Of a stretch of 64,000 nucleotides of DNA, positions 40,663 to 50,983 are shown piece after piece. The notes beneath the pieces are model-generated. The model was given only the letters and a program-made list of their open reading frames with translations, was not told the origin of the DNA and did no database searches. Every line of letters begins with the position of its first letter. Within the stretch, counting starts at the first letter, position 1. Origin of the DNA: an uncultured Undibacterium sp. (GTDB lineage Bacteria; Pseudomonadota; Gammaproteobacteria; Burkholderiales; Burkholderiaceae_D); assembly GCA_963511665.1 (NCBI GenBank), contig CAUPKC010000021.1, positions 4,511 to 68,510 of the forward strand, written 5' to 3'. The position numbers were made by a program, and so were the translations under genes.

Positions 40663-40962
40663 TTAGACTCCCATTTTCTCCAGCATACTACCCAACTCAC
40701 GCAATGCCGGCTCCAGCTTCGGGTGTTTGGTAGCAAACTGCGCGTAGATCGCCCGTGAACGGTCACTCAAAGCAGCATATAAAGGATCATCTGGATTTTC
40801 ATCTTTAGTTAATACGGTTTCAATATCCTGATGTAGATCTTGCAGTAGTGTTTTCATCTCTGCATCGACTTGATCCGTAGAATGCAAGCCATCCTGCAAT
40901 TGTTTGAGCAAACCTTTTAACATATCGCGCTTCATACTTTTCTCCTTGATTTCTACATTCAC
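40663..40962 (-). CDS. DUF4404-like small protein
   Basis: About 90-99 aa and helical, with C-terminal FATKHPKLEPALRELGSMLEKMGV as in DUF4404. An alternative start is the ATG 9 codons in. Confidence 0.6.
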   Translation of the reverse strand: MNVEIKEKSMKRDMLKGLLKQLQDGLHSTDQVDAEMKTLLQDLHQDIETVLTKDENPDDPLYAALSDRSRAIYAQFATKHPKLEPALRELGSMLEKMGV

Positions 40963-41008
40963 ATTTACTGCAATATTCTTCTAAGCTGCCATCTGATTTA
41001 GTGTAACA

Positions 41009-41533
41009 CTAAGCCTTATAAAGTAAGACTACCGCTTCGGCTGCGATGCCCTCCTCCCGTCCCAAATAGCCTAACTTCTCATTGGTTTTCGCTTTGATAT
41101 TGACCTGTGCCAATGACACTTGCAAGTCCGCAGCAATATGGTGAACCATGCTAGGAATATGCGGTGCCATTTTGGGTTGTTGGGCGATGATAGTCGCATC
41201 CAGATTACCCAAGACGTAGCCGCTTTCATGAACGCGTGAAATCGCCTCTCGCAGCAAAACACGTGAATCGGCGCCAGCAAACTTGGCATCGGTATCTGGA
41301 AACAATTTACCAATATCTCCAAGCGCAGCAGCGCCAAGAAGTGCGTCGGTAATCGCATGCAATAAAACGTCGGCATCGGAATGTCCTAACAAACCCGTTT
41401 TATGGGGAATATCGACGCCACCAATGATTAATTTTCGCCCTTCAACCAAGGCGTGACAATCGTAGCCTTGGCCGATTCGGAATGGTAAAGGTAATGGCAA
41501 ACTCACGGCCTGATTTTTTTCGCTTGTACTCAT
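41009..41533 (-). CDS. ispF: 2-C-methyl-D-erythritol 2,4-cyclodiphosphate synthase
   Basis: [11 protein letters not shown]...[12 protein letters not shown] motifs. It has a 4-nt overlap with ispD. Confidence 0.95.
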   Translation of the reverse strand: MSTSEKNQAVSLPLPLPFRIGQGYDCHALVEGRKLIIGGVDIPHKTGLLGHSDADVLLHAITDALLGAAALGDIGKLFPDTDAKFAGADSRVLLREAISRVHESGYVLGNLDATIIAQQPKMAPHIPSMVHHIAADLQVSLAQVNIKAKTNEKLGYLGREEGIAAEAVVLLYKA

Positions 41534-42276
41534 AGCTCTTTAAAAAACAATTTCAAAAATTCCAAATCTTCGGGCACTGTCAGTTTGCGATTACGCATAG
41601 CACCCTCGACTAGTTTAGGCCGATATCCTATTGTTTCAATAGCACTGGCTTCGTCGGTCACATTAATTGCCATTTCTAGCGCACGAGACAACAGACCCAA
41701 ACTAAACATCTGTGGTGTCTGCGCTAACCACAAATTTGTTCTGTCTATCGTTTCTACTTGCCCGTCAACACTACGCTTCACCGTATCCACGACCGGCAAT
41801 GCCAGCAAGCCGCCACCAGTATAATCCCCGACGGCCTCGATCAGCTTACTCACTAATGCAGGAGTCAAACCAGGACGTGCCGCATCGTGAACCAAAATGT
41901 GATCATGGTCTTGATAATGGTTGAATTTGCGTATTACTTCTAAACCATTTTGGACCGTATCTCGACGAGTAGCACCACCACAATTAAGCACCGTAAGCTT
42001 TTTGTGCACAGCTAAAGCCTCATCGATAAACGCATCTTCAACGCTGACCACCACGAAGATCTGATCAATTTGTGGACAATCGAGAAAACAATCAACCGTT
42101 CTTTGCAAAACACTTTTTCCTGCCAGATCTAAATATTGCTTAGGCAAACTTGTTGCCATACGCGCACCAACGCCGGCCGCTGGGATCAATGCGATATATT
42201 TGGGCTTTGCGCCTTTTGAATTTGCATCTTGTAGATTCTGGGGCAAATCAACTAAGTCGGAAGAATGTTGGGTCAT
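41530..42276 (-). CDS. ispD: 2-C-methyl-D-erythritol 4-phosphate cytidylyltransferase
   Basis: [12 protein letters not shown] and VLVHDAARP motifs. ATG at 42276 is chosen. The track ORF adds 33 poorly protein-like codons. Confidence 0.9.
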   Translation of the reverse strand: MTQHSSDLVDLPQNLQDANSKGAKPKYIALIPAAGVGARMATSLPKQYLDLAGKSVLQRTVDCFLDCPQIDQIFVVVSVEDAFIDEALAVHKKLTVLNCGGATRRDTVQNGLEVIRKFNHYQDHDHILVHDAARPGLTPALVSKLIEAVGDYTGGGLLALPVVDTVKRSVDGQVETIDRTNLWLAQTPQMFSLGLLSRALEMAINVTDEASAIETIGYRPKLVEGAMRNRKLTVPEDLEFLKLFFKEL

Positions 42277-42405
42277 TTCGAGGATATAAATAGCTGGGCT
42301 TGTGCATCGTTTATAATTGCTGTTCATTTTAACCGCCAATTCTTGCCGCTGGGCTTTTTCCAGACTGTTTAACAAGAATTAGCAGAACTCCTTGCTTTAC
42401 ATCTA

Positions 42406-45400
42406 ATGTCTTTCGATTTCATCAAAGCAATACCCAAAGCTGGTCACCGATTCGTGTTGCCGTCTACCCACGGCTCAGCCGATGCCTATGCCATAGCGCA
42501 AGCCGCTGCAGCATTAAAAGCCGAACAAAGATTCTTGACCATCTTTGTTGCCAGCCCAGCAGACGCACAACGCTTGCTCAGTGAATTACCATGGTTCGCA
42601 CCGGATCTGCGTTGTCATTTGTTGCCGGATTGGGAAACGCTGCCATATGACGCTTTTTCCCCGCATCAGGATCTGGTGTCAGAGCGTTTGGCGACTTTAT
42701 ATGAAATCAATAGCGGCAACTGCGATGTTTTGATCGTTCCCGCCACGACAGCCTTAGTGCGCATGGCACCGCCGTCCTTCTTAGCGGCATACACCTTCTT
42801 CTTCAAAGTCGGCGAAACCCTTAACGAAGCCAAACTCAAAACGCAATTGACACTAGCGGGTTACACCCACGTCTCACAAGTCATGTCGCCGGGCGAGTAT
42901 TCGGTACGTGGCGGCTTGATTGATTTATTCCCTATGGGGTCAGTGCTGCCTTATCGCCTAGACTTGTTTGGCGATAGCATAGAAACCATACGTACCTTCG
43001 ACGCAGATACACAACGCTCACTGTATCCAGTGAAAGAAGTTCGACTGCTGCCAGGCCGTGAATTTCCCATGGACGAAGCAGGTCGCAGCGCTTTCCGTAA
43101 TCGTTGGCGCGAACAGTTTGAAGGCGATCCTTCACGTTCCACCGTCTACAAAGATATAGGCAATGGGATTGCGTCGGCTGGTATCGAATATTACCTCCCT
43201 CTATTTTTTGAGTCGACTGCGACACTTTTCGATTACCTGCCTCAAAACACGCATTACGTTTTGATCGGTGATATTGAAGAAGCGATACAACGTTTTTGGA
43301 CCGACACGCGCTCGCGTTATCAGTTTTTAAAATCCGACAGAGAACGCCCTGTCCTTCCACCAGAAACGATCTTTTTACGTGATGAAGATTTCTTTGCAAC
43401 GCTGAAATCGGAATCCCGTTGGGTCCTGCAAAACGGTGGTGCAGCGTCTGAAGTCTCTAGCTTTTTACCCGATATCGCCGTTAATCGTCGAGCCGATGAT
43501 CCTCTGACCAATTTACGTTCCTATTTATTGCAGACCGATAAACGCGTTTTCATCTGTGCTGAAACAGCCGGTCGGCGCGAAACTTTGCAGCAGTATTTCC
43601 GCGACTTTGGCTTGGAAATCAGCATCAGCGAAGACTACACCGACTTCATCACCAGCAGCCCCAAATTGGTCTTGGGTGTCGCGCCTTTACACGCAGGCTT
43701 TCAGGCTCAAAACATCGCCTTTATCACTGAGACTGAGTTGTATGCAGGCTCAGGTAAACGCATAGGCCGCAAAAAACAAGAAGCAGTGACGCAAGTCGAA
43801 CACATGGTGCGCGATTTGTCGGAATTAAAAATTGGTGATCCTGTCGTCCACAGCAATCACGGTATCGGTCGCTACATGGGCCTCATCAGTATGGATTTGG
43901 GAGAAGGCGAAACCGAGTTTTTGCATTTGGAATACGCAAAAGACACCAAGCTCTACGTACCAGTTTCGCAGCTGCACGTCATTTCACGCTATTCAGGCGC
44001 TTCGCCGGACGATGCGCCTTTGCACGCGCTAGGCTCAGGTCAATGGGAAAAAGCCAAGCGCAAAGCCGCACAACAAATCCGTGATACGGCGGCAGAATTA
44101 CTCAACCTGTACGCCCGCCGCGCTTTGCGTCAAGGTCACGCTTTCGAATATTCCGCCCACGATTACGCGGCTTTCGCTGATAGCTTTGGCTTTGATGAAA
44201 CGCCTGATCAAGCGGCAGCAATTAACGCAGTAATTGGTGATATGACCTCAGGCAAACCGATGGACCGATTGATTTGCGGAGATGTCGGTTTTGGTAAAAC
44301 GGAAGTCGCTCTACGTGCCGCTTTCGTTGCTGTCATGGGTGGCAAACAAGTCGCCATCTTGGCACCAACTACGCTACTGGCCGAACAACACGCACAGACC
44401 TTCACTGATCGCTTCGCGAATTGGCCAGTGAAGATTGCAGAATTGTCGCGTTTCAGAAGTGGCAAAGAAATCGCACAAGCAATCAAAGGCATGGGCGATG
44501 GCACAGTCGATATCGTGATCGGTACGCACAAACTTTTATCCGATGATGTGAAATTCTCGCGTCTCGGTTTGGTGATTATCGACGAAGAACATCGCTTCGG
44601 TGTGCGGCAGAAAGAGACGCTGAAAGCCTTGCGCGCTGAGGTCGACGTATTGACCTTAACCGCGACACCGATTCCACGTACATTAGGTATGGCACTCGAA
44701 GGTCTGCGTGATTTCTCTATCATCGCGACAGCACCACAAAAACGCTTGGCGATCAAAACATTCGTGCGCAGTGAGGGCGATTCTGTAATCCGTGAAGCGT
44801 GCTTACGTGAACTGAAACGCGGCGGTCAAGTCTACTTCTTACACAATGAAGTCGAAACGATAGAAAACCGCAAAGCCATGCTGGAGGCCTTGTTGCCAGA
44901 AGCCCGCATCGCGGTCGGTCATGGTCAGATGAATGAACGCGACCTAGAAAAAGTCATGCGTGACTTTGTTGCGCAACGCTATAACATTTTGCTGTGTACG
45001 ACGATTATCGAAACCGGTATTGACGTACCAACTGCTAACACCATCATCATGCATAGAGCCGATAAATTCGGCTTGGCGCAATTGCATCAACTACGTGGCC
45101 GAGTCGGCCGTTCGCATCATCAAGCCTATGCTTATTTGTTGGTACACGACGTACAAGGTTTAACCAAACAAGCGAACCGTCGTTTAGAGGCAATTCAACA
45201 AATGGAAGAACTCGGCAGCGGATTCTATTTAGCGATGCACGACCTAGAGATTCGTGGAGCCGGTGAAGTATTGGGTGACAATCAATCGGGTGAAATGCAC
45301 GAAATCGGCTTCCAGATGTATTCGGATATGTTGAGCGAAGCCGTACGCTGTTTGAAGAACGGTAAAGAACCAGATCTAGCCGCCCCACTCTCCAGCACAA

Positions 45401-45825
45401 CCGAAATTAATTTACACATCCCTGCTCTCTTACCCAGCGATTTTTGTGGTGATGTACATGAGCGTTTATCGATCTATAAACGCCTGGCAAATTGCAACAA
45501 GCTTGATGCCATTGATGATTTACAAGAAGAGATGATAGATCGTTTTGGCAAATTGCCAGAGCCGGTCAAATCTCTGTTAGAAACACACCGATTGCGCGTT
45601 GCCGCCAAGCCGTTGGGCATTATCAAAATTGATGCCCATAGCGAAGCCGCTACCCTGCAATTCGAACCGCAACCACCGATCGATGCCATGCGCATTATCG
45701 AATTGGTTCAGAAAAACAAACACATCAAACTAAACGGCCAAGATAAGTTACGTATTAGCGCCAACATGCCTGACCTGGCCGCACGCGTCGCCCAGATCAA
45801 GAGCACGATGAAAGCGCTACACTAA
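42406..45825 (+). CDS. mfd: Transcription-repair coupling factor
   Basis: 1139 aa with a UvrB-homology N-terminus, the RNAP-interacting region, helicase motifs (GDVGFGKTEVA, DEEH) and the TRG motif. Confidence 0.95.
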   Translation: MSFDFIKAIPKAGHRFVLPSTHGSADAYAIAQAAAALKAEQRFLTIFVASPADAQRLLSELPWFAPDLRCHLLPDWETLPYDAFSPHQDLVSERLATLYEINSGNCDVLIVPATTALVRMAPPSFLAAYTFFFKVGETLNEAKLKTQLTLAGYTHVSQVMSPGEYSVRGGLIDLFPMGSVLPYRLDLFGDSIETIRTFDADTQRSLYPVKEVRLLPGREFPMDEAGRSAFRNRWREQFEGDPSRSTVYKDIGNGIASAGIEYYLPLFFESTATLFDYLPQNTHYVLIGDIEEAIQRFWTDTRSRYQFLKSDRERPVLPPETIFLRDEDFFATLKSESRWVLQNGGAASEVSSFLPDIAVNRRADDPLTNLRSYLLQTDKRVFICAETAGRRETLQQYFRDFGLEISISEDYTDFITSSPKLVLGVAPLHAGFQAQNIAFITETELYAGSGKRIGRKKQEAVTQVEHMVRDLSELKIGDPVVHSNHGIGRYMGLISMDLGEGETEFLHLEYAKDTKLYVPVSQLHVISRYSGASPDDAPLHALGSGQWEKAKRKAAQQIRDTAAELLNLYARRALRQGHAFEYSAHDYAAFADSFGFDETPDQAAAINAVIGDMTSGKPMDRLICGDVGFGKTEVALRAAFVAVMGGKQVAILAPTTLLAEQHAQTFTDRFANWPVKIAELSRFRSGKEIAQAIKGMGDGTVDIVIGTHKLLSDDVKFSRLGLVIIDEEHRFGVRQKETLKALRAEVDVLTLTATPIPRTLGMALEGLRDFSIIATAPQKRLAIKTFVRSEGDSVIREACLRELKRGGQVYFLHNEVETIENRKAMLEALLPEARIAVGHGQMNERDLEKVMRDFVAQRYNILLCTTIIETGIDVPTANTIIMHRADKFGLAQLHQLRGRVGRSHHQAYAYLLVHDVQGLTKQANRRLEAIQQMEELGSGFYLAMHDLEIRGAGEVLGDNQSGEMHEIGFQMYSDMLSEAVRCLKNGKEPDLAAPLSSTTEINLHIPALLPSDFCGDVHERLSIYKRLANCNKLDAIDDLQEEMIDRFGKLPEPVKSLLETHRLRVAAKPLGIIKIDAHSEAATLQFEPQPPIDAMRIIELVQKNKHIKLNGQDKLRISANMPDLAARVAQIKSTMKALH

Positions 45826-45846
45826 TCTTCCGTCACACCATTCACT

Positions 45847-46710
45847 ATGCAAAACATGAATCTGATTATTCAAGGCTTAAATGCCGTCTTGACACAACAC
45901 ACAGCAAGCATTCAAAGTATTGCTCAGATGTCAGCTGCAGAAAAAATCGTACCGATTAATACTAAGGCAGTTCGTTTAGAAAACGTGCAATGCGACAACC
46001 AAATCCTGCAAGCAATTCAGGAACAATGTTTGGTCGCGCAACTTGACGTTTATCATGGGTCACAGCGCCAACTTGCTGACTTTAAGCTAGTCGCAATGGA
46101 CATGGATTCCACCTTAATCACCATAGAATGCATAGACGAAATCGCCGATATGCAGGGTCTCAAGCCGCAAGTCGCAGAAATCACCGAAGCCGCAATGCGG
46201 GGTGAAATTGAATTTCAAGAGAGCTTGATTCGGCGAGTCGGTTTACTAAAGGGTTTAGAGGCATCAGCTCTGCAACGAGTCTATGATCAACGCCTACAGT
46301 TATCGCTAGGCGCGGAGAACATGCTCAAGCATGTGCAACAAGCTGGCTTAAAAACCTTATTGGTTTCGGGAGGGTTTACCTTCTTTACTGACAGAATGAA
46401 ATCACGTCTCAATCTCGACTACACACATGCGAATGTGCTCGAGATCGTCGACGACAAACTAACTGGCAAAGTGATCGGCACGATCGTTGATGCCGATGAA
46501 AAAAAGCGCACCGTAGAAAAGATTTGTGCTGAGCTCGGCGTCAGTACACAACAAGCCATCGTTATGGGTGATGGCGCGAATGATTTGAAGATGATGGGCA
46601 TTGCTGGATTATCGGTGGCGTTTCGCGCTAAACCGGTGGTGCGTGCACAAGCTAGTGTCGCTTTGAATTTTGTGGGTTTGGATGGCGTGTTAAATATTTT
46701 GACAGCATAG
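45847..46710 (+). CDS. serB: Phosphoserine phosphatase
   Basis: HAD motifs DMDSTLI, SGGF and GDGANDL are present. Confidence 0.85.
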   Translation: MQNMNLIIQGLNAVLTQHTASIQSIAQMSAAEKIVPINTKAVRLENVQCDNQILQAIQEQCLVAQLDVYHGSQRQLADFKLVAMDMDSTLITIECIDEIADMQGLKPQVAEITEAAMRGEIEFQESLIRRVGLLKGLEASALQRVYDQRLQLSLGAENMLKHVQQAGLKTLLVSGGFTFFTDRMKSRLNLDYTHANVLEIVDDKLTGKVIGTIVDADEKKRTVEKICAELGVSTQQAIVMGDGANDLKMMGIAGLSVAFRAKPVVRAQASVALNFVGLDGVLNILTA

Positions 46711-46905
46711 TTCGCAAGCTAAGGCCAGTCTTGATCGTTCGCAGAATAATCACAAAAAGGCGTTAAGGATTTTTGACTTTTTTAGTCATTCACTGAATTG
46801 CACTAAACATCGTAGAGCATTTAAAACCTGCGCCGCCAGTGCACCGAGCGTCTGAGCGGCGCGGGTTTCACCCTCCCTACAATTTTATACCCGCAACTAT
46901 GACCA

Positions 46906-47625
46906 TCAAGACTTAATACGAAACACCACATCCACATTCTGTTTAAACTTCAACCAAGTCGGCACATAAAAATCTTTTTTCGTCGGCTTATGTTGAACCA
47001 CCTGCTCTTCACGTTTAGGCGCCCCATCAAGACCCAATAAAGTACTAATATTTTTCAAGGGTGATTGAGATACTGCACCTACCGTTCCTAAGCGTACCGA
47101 CAACCCCTGCGCCAAACGTTTCGCATTGTCTTTGGCGTTCGCCGTTGCCATGTTCACCAAATCATTTTGAATTCTGTCCATATCGCTACGTCCAAAATTG
47201 ACCGAAAAATTTCCTACATAGGGCTTTGCCAAAAGACCTGCGATAACCATATTCCACTTTTGGATGTCACGAATTACGATATGAAAATTACGCAGGAGTC
47301 GAAACTTCTTGGGTGCATCCGGTGATTCTGAATACTCAATATCGCTCACAAAGCGCTTAATGTCCGCTGCCTCAATATCATCCGAATTCAGTCCCTGTGC
47401 AACCAAAAACGCCATCACATCCGCCGAAGCTTTTTCCATCATGCTGAAGGTTAACTCAGGATCAGAGCTCAGCTCAGTCAATTCAAAATCAATTTCACCA
47501 AGATCTGGACGTAAGCTAAGTGTCGCTTCACCTGTTGCATGAATGAAGGGATAATTGGGTAATGATGAAGCCATTGTTGTACTGGCTAGCAATAAACTGA
47601 GTAAGAGGTAGATACTTTTTTTCAT
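46906..47625 (-). CDS. SIMPL-domain (DUF541) periplasmic protein
   Basis: Signal peptide followed by ATGEATLSLRPDLGEIDFEL, the typical SIMPL start. It lies 88 bp downstream of the M56 gene on the same strand. Confidence 0.7.
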   Translation of the reverse strand: MKKSIYLLLSLLLASTTMASSLPNYPFIHATGEATLSLRPDLGEIDFELTELSSDPELTFSMMEKASADVMAFLVAQGLNSDDIEAADIKRFVSDIEYSESPDAPKKFRLLRNFHIVIRDIQKWNMVIAGLLAKPYVGNFSVNFGRSDMDRIQNDLVNMATANAKDNAKRLAQGLSVRLGTVGAVSQSPLKNISTLLGLDGAPKREEQVVQHKPTKKDFYVPTWLKFKQNVDVVFRIKS

Positions 47626-47713
47626 TTTTTTTCACGAGTAGTTCAAATAGAAAATAATTTTCAGACCTACCGAACGTTCCAGAGAAAAGAACGTCCAGCG
47701 GATTCAAAATGGT

Positions 47714-49495
47714 TTAGTCCAGTTTCCAAAGATAACTAACTTTAATTGTCGATGCCTGAGCCTTGCCATCCAGCATTAAAGGTGTTCCTAAACAGGTCTG
47801 CGCGTTGAGTTTTTCGTACACGGCGTTGTCCAATCCTCTAAACCCACTAGAACCCAGGATTGATACGTGCTCTATCTTGCCAAGCTCATTCATTCTTACT
47901 TCCAAATCTGTTTGACCTTGCTCCTCATTTCGCAATGAGGCACGGGGGTATTCTGGTCTACACCCTTTTTTTGTAAAATCAATTTGTGCTCGCTCCTCAG
48001 ACATAGCTATCGCTTCAGCAGCGCTACTCACTTTTTTTGCTGGCCAATCATCGAGCATCCAAATATACTGCACCATCAGCTTACTTCTTTGCGGCACTCC
48101 ATTTGACTTTGCCGGCGTCACTTTACAAGATCCAGAATTCAATTTTTCGCTTAACGCCTCATCTAAGATAACGTGTCCACTGGTTTTCTGAACATGTACT
48201 TTGACGATCTTGCCATCCGCCGCCGATTCTATTTGCAATGTCGTCGTGCCGGCCCATTCATTTCGCAGTGCAATTTTTGGATACTCTGGTCTACAAGCTG
48301 GCGTTTCAAAATCAATTTTCGCACTAGCCGAATTTATTGACGAATTAAGAGACATATTTTGCTTCTCGCTTGTTTTGGTCTTTACTTTAGACGAAGTCAA
48401 GTTTGTTGGAGCTTCATGTACGCTCGCTTTTATTCGCGTATCGACAGATTTTGTTGATATTGCAATTGCTGATGCTTCGTTCAGATTGACCTTAGTTTGA
48501 GGCACACTAGCATGAGCCACCATACCAACACATACAGCTGTAACACCAAACACTGTCACCGCGGTTTTCCAATTAATGCTTTGTACTTCTGGCCGTATTA
48601 AGCGTTTGATTCTGGACATAAGATTTCCTCCATGTGCCGCTTGGGCGAGTTGAGGGGTGGTGAATTGGAGCAATTCCAACTCTTGTAAAGCAAGCGCCAG
48701 ACGCCGCGGTTCGCCGAGCATGCTTGCAGCTAAATCATCCGCAATATTTTCTCTTTCATTTCGGATTTTTTTTGAAATCCACCAGACTGCTGGGTGGAAA
48801 AACAAAATCATTTCTATTAAATTTTGGATCAGGTTCATCAGATAATCGTAGCGACGAATATGCGCCAACTCATGGGCTAGCAAGGCCTGCAGGTAAGACG
48901 GTTCCATACCCGTCACTAAGGACGCTGGCACCAAGACCATAGGACGCAACCAACCTATCGTCAGCGGACTTTCTATGTCTTTGACCACACGTAACAGGAC
49001 TCGTCCGGGTAAAGCAAACTGCTGCGCCAATTCATCAAGCTGAGCTTGCCAATACAAATTAACTTGTCCACGTTGACCGCTGCTATAGCCTTGTAGCCAC
49101 CACAGTCCGAGACAAAGACGCACACTCAACAGCGCGACTACTAAGGCCCAACAAAAAACGATCCAGTGCAAATTATTTTGAACTGCAGCACTCACTTGCA
49201 TCAATGGATGAACGTCCTGTGTCGACATAGCCACTTGCGCCGTTGCTTGCAAAGTCATGTCAACGCTAGTTCCACGCTCCAGTGCCTGCACAAATTTCCA
49301 CACTGGAAGCGCTGCGCATAGCAGTAAAGCGACACAAGCGATGGCATAACGCAATTGCGCCCTTGCCTTGCGGGTCAGGAGTAAGACCACTGCCAGTACC
49401 AGTGCGATAACGCAGCCCTGCCATACGAAATGAACGAGGCTCCAACCTAGGGCTTGAATGAGGGTTTGCGTCAGGTTTGAAAATTCGCTATTCAT
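47714..49495 (-). CDS. BlaR1/MecR1-type M56 metallopeptidase fused to two TonB C-terminal-like domains
   Basis: Four N-terminal TM helices, HEXXH (AHELAHIRRYDY) and a further TM. Two repeats of about 90 aa follow: ..CRPEYPKIALRNEWAGTTTLQI..GKIVKVHVQKTSGHVILDEA.. and ..CRPEYPRASLRNEEQGQTDLEV..GKIEHVSILGSSGFRGLDNA.. Confidence 0.8.
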   Translation of the reverse strand: MNSEFSNLTQTLIQALGWSLVHFVWQGCVIALVLAVVLLLTRKARAQLRYAIACVALLLCAALPVWKFVQALERGTSVDMTLQATAQVAMSTQDVHPLMQVSAAVQNNLHWIVFCWALVVALLSVRLCLGLWWLQGYSSGQRGQVNLYWQAQLDELAQQFALPGRVLLRVVKDIESPLTIGWLRPMVLVPASLVTGMEPSYLQALLAHELAHIRRYDYLMNLIQNLIEMILFFHPAVWWISKKIRNERENIADDLAASMLGEPRRLALALQELELLQFTTPQLAQAAHGGNLMSRIKRLIRPEVQSINWKTAVTVFGVTAVCVGMVAHASVPQTKVNLNEASAIAISTKSVDTRIKASVHEAPTNLTSSKVKTKTSEKQNMSLNSSINSASAKIDFETPACRPEYPKIALRNEWAGTTTLQIESAADGKIVKVHVQKTSGHVILDEALSEKLNSGSCKVTPAKSNGVPQRSKLMVQYIWMLDDWPAKKVSSAAEAIAMSEERAQIDFTKKGCRPEYPRASLRNEEQGQTDLEVRMNELGKIEHVSILGSSGFRGLDNAVYEKLNAQTCLGTPLMLDGKAQASTIKVSYLWKLD

Positions 49496-49908
49496 TCATC
49501 ACCTCCATGCAAGAATTTTTGTATCTCGGCGCGTTCTTCTTTGCTGACGTGCGTGCGCAATGCTGCCAACACCAAAGCCTTGGCAGAACCAGAGAAAGCT
49601 TTGTGTATCAAGTCTTTGACTAAATTCGTTTGTAAATCGTCTTGTGCTTCTACTGCGCTATAGACATGGGCACGCTGGCTTTCATCGCGACTCAACAAAC
49701 CTTTGCTGTGCATCACCTGCAGCATGCGCAAGACCGAAGCGTAGGCCAGTTCTGGTCGCTCTTTAACGCCAGCTTCATGCACTTGCTTAGCAGTCGCCTG
49801 ACCTAATACCCACAACAACTTAAATATTTCCATTTCAGCTGCTGTTGGCTTGGGCATCACATCTTTTGTCACATTCTTTTTGCCATGGTTTGTACCGGAG
49901 TTACTCAT
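49492..49908 (-). CDS. BlaI/MecI/CopY-family transcriptional repressor
   Basis: 138 aa with a winged helix (EMEIFKLLWVLGQATAKQVHE...). It has a 4-nt overlap with the M56 gene, and AAGGA precedes the ATG. Confidence 0.85.
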   Translation of the reverse strand: MSNSGTNHGKKNVTKDVMPKPTAAEMEIFKLLWVLGQATAKQVHEAGVKERPELAYASVLRMLQVMHSKGLLSRDESQRAHVYSAVEAQDDLQTNLVKDLIHKAFSGSAKALVLAALRTHVSKEERAEIQKFLHGGDE

Positions 49909-49940
49909 TACTTTTCCTTTGCCAGAATCAGACTTATCAA

Positions 49941-49996
49941 TCTAGATCTATTAATCTAGATTAAATGATCTAGACCTAATTGTCTAGAACAATTTC
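49941..49996. promoter_or_regulatory. Four TCTAGA palindromes at exact 14-bp spacing; candidate BlaI operator/promoter
   Basis: TCTAGA occurs at 49941, 49955, 49969 and 49983, which is 33-68 bp upstream of the blaI-like ATG (49908). Confidence 0.5.
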
Positions 49997-50186
49997 ATCC
50001 AATTAAGAATTATTTTTTCATTAGTGGTAATTGCAACAGTTTTGATCTTTGCTCTGTCTTTCTCACTGCTGGCGAGAATCAAGATCAAATCCCTTTCCAC
50101 AGGATATAATCAACAGAAATAGGCGAATGTGAACCAAAGCCCTGACGTCGCAGCACCTTGTTATTTCTTTTTTTGATGGAGAAACT

Positions 50187-50879
50187 ATGATCGATGTTTA
50201 TTCCTGGCCCACACCGAATGGTCACAAAGTTCATATCATGTTGGAAGAATGTGGCCTTAGTTACCGCGCTATCCCTGTGGACATCAGTGCTGGCGATCAA
50301 TTTAAGCAGGACTTCCTAGCCATTTCACCTAACAATAAAATCCCGGCCATCGTTGATGCCGATGGGCCTGATGGTAAGCCGATTGCTTTATTTGAGTCAG
50401 GTGCCATTTTGGTCTATCTTGCGGGTAAGGTCGGGCGTTTTTTAGGCAACAGCGACAGGGAAAAATATCAAACTTTACAATGGCTGATGTTTCAAATGGG
50501 GGGACTTGGCCCTATGTTAGGTCAAGCGCACCATTTCCGCATCTATGCACCCGAGAAAATTGACTACGCCTACGACCGTTATACAAACGAGGCAAAACGT
50601 TTATACAATGTCTTAGAAAAACAGTTGAGCCAGCAATCCTATCTGGCGGGCGAGCAATACAGTATCGCCGACATCGCTTGCTTCCCCTGGACGCGCTCAG
50701 CGGCAAATCAAGGCATCGATTGGGTCGAATATCCACATACCAAGCGCTGGTTTGATGCAATTAATGAGCGTCCAGCAGTGCAGCGTGGTCTGCAAGTGCT
50801 CGCCAATTTGCGAAAACCTTTGACCGACGACAAGACCAAAGATATTTTGTTCGGTAAAACGCAGTACACAAAAAAATAA
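50187..50879 (+). CDS. Glutathione S-transferase, YfcG-like (Nu class)
   Basis: MIDVYSWPTPNGHKVHIMLEE...FLAISPNNKIPAIVD closely parallels the E. coli YfcG N-terminus. Confidence 0.85.
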   Translation: MIDVYSWPTPNGHKVHIMLEECGLSYRAIPVDISAGDQFKQDFLAISPNNKIPAIVDADGPDGKPIALFESGAILVYLAGKVGRFLGNSDREKYQTLQWLMFQMGGLGPMLGQAHHFRIYAPEKIDYAYDRYTNEAKRLYNVLEKQLSQQSYLAGEQYSIADIACFPWTRSAANQGIDWVEYPHTKRWFDAINERPAVQRGLQVLANLRKPLTDDKTKDILFGKTQYTKK

Positions 50880-50983
50880 ACCTGCGCTGGGCGGCTCTTC
50901 ATTTTAGTAGCCGCTTCGCGTCCCACTTGAACGATAAATAAAGTAGCGCCAGCACAACGACAACATTGAGAATCGAGAACACC

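Noticed and set aside
46840-46885. Imperfect inverted repeat cctgcgccgc...gcggcgcggg downstream of the SIMPL gene, considered as a terminator.
   Set aside because: The loop is 19 nt, the stem is imperfect and the T-tract is short (TTTT). Evidence is too weak to annotate.
49941-49996. The phased TCTAGA units read as a mini CRISPR or other repeat-spacer array.
   Set aside because: The units are only 14 bp with 6 conserved positions. There are no spacers of CRISPR size and no cas genes. The location directly upstream of a repressor gene fits an operator instead.
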